From the NCBI RefSeq assembly GCF_001194135.2, contig NC_068995.1, positions 35,427,159-35,491,158 of the forward strand: a stretch of 64,000 nucleotides of DNA. The letters are read 5' to 3'. Positions 63,780 through 64,000 of this stretch are shown piece after piece. A program made the translations under genes and the position numbers. Below the pieces are notes generated by a model. That model ran no database searches. It saw nothing but the letters and a program-made list of their open reading frames with translations, and had not been told where the DNA came from. The stretch comes from Octopus bimaculoides. Taxonomy: Eukaryota. Position 1 is the stretch's first letter. Every line of letters starts with the position of its first letter.

Positions 63780-64000
63780 TAAAAGAGAAGCGACTACATA
63801 ATTACCTGTCAACTCTACTCTACGCTTGTGTGACTTGGGCGTTGAACCACCGTGACTTCAAGCGCCTTGAATGCTTCCAGCAATGGGAAGATCACGCTAC
63901 CAACAACGAGGTTCTTCGCGCCTCACTACCAAGTGTCGAAGCCATCATTCTTCGCCATCGTCTCCGCTGGGCAGGTCACGTCGAGTGTATGGAGCCCTCT
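63780..64000 (+). mobile_element. RTE-clade LINE post-RT fragment running off the window
   Basis: STLLYACVTWALNHRDFKRLECFQQ-WEDHATNNEVL..LPSVEAIILRHRLRWAGHVECM, with the typical LRWAGHV motif. Confidence 0.88.

Overview
Repeat-dense, AT-rich, apparently intergenic or intronic metazoan DNA from a short-read scaffold: nearly every N gap sits in a microsatellite. The SINE families and microsatellite load look like an octopod cephalopod (Octopus-like); this rests on my recognition of the repeats, not a search. I found no intact host gene, tRNA, rRNA or CRISPR array. The coding-like sequence I could assign is decayed transposable element: RLE-bearing (R2-group, probably R4/Dong-like) retroelements, a Chapaev3-like DNA transposon with an intron nested in one of them, Tc1/mariner elements (D36E, D37D, a mini-mariner and a foldback mariner), L1-, CR1/L2- and RTE-type LINE remnants, Penelope-like elements (PLEs), several SINE families and MITE-like repeats. 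The most interesting signals are (1) several type I minimal hammerhead ribozyme motifs, some beside PLE 3' ends, including a recurrent non-canonical CUG-UUGA(A/U)(G/A)A core with one apparent U3-A8 compensatory variant, and (2) several foldback structures that could form dsRNA or cruciforms. I do not claim a new biological system; these are testable candidates.
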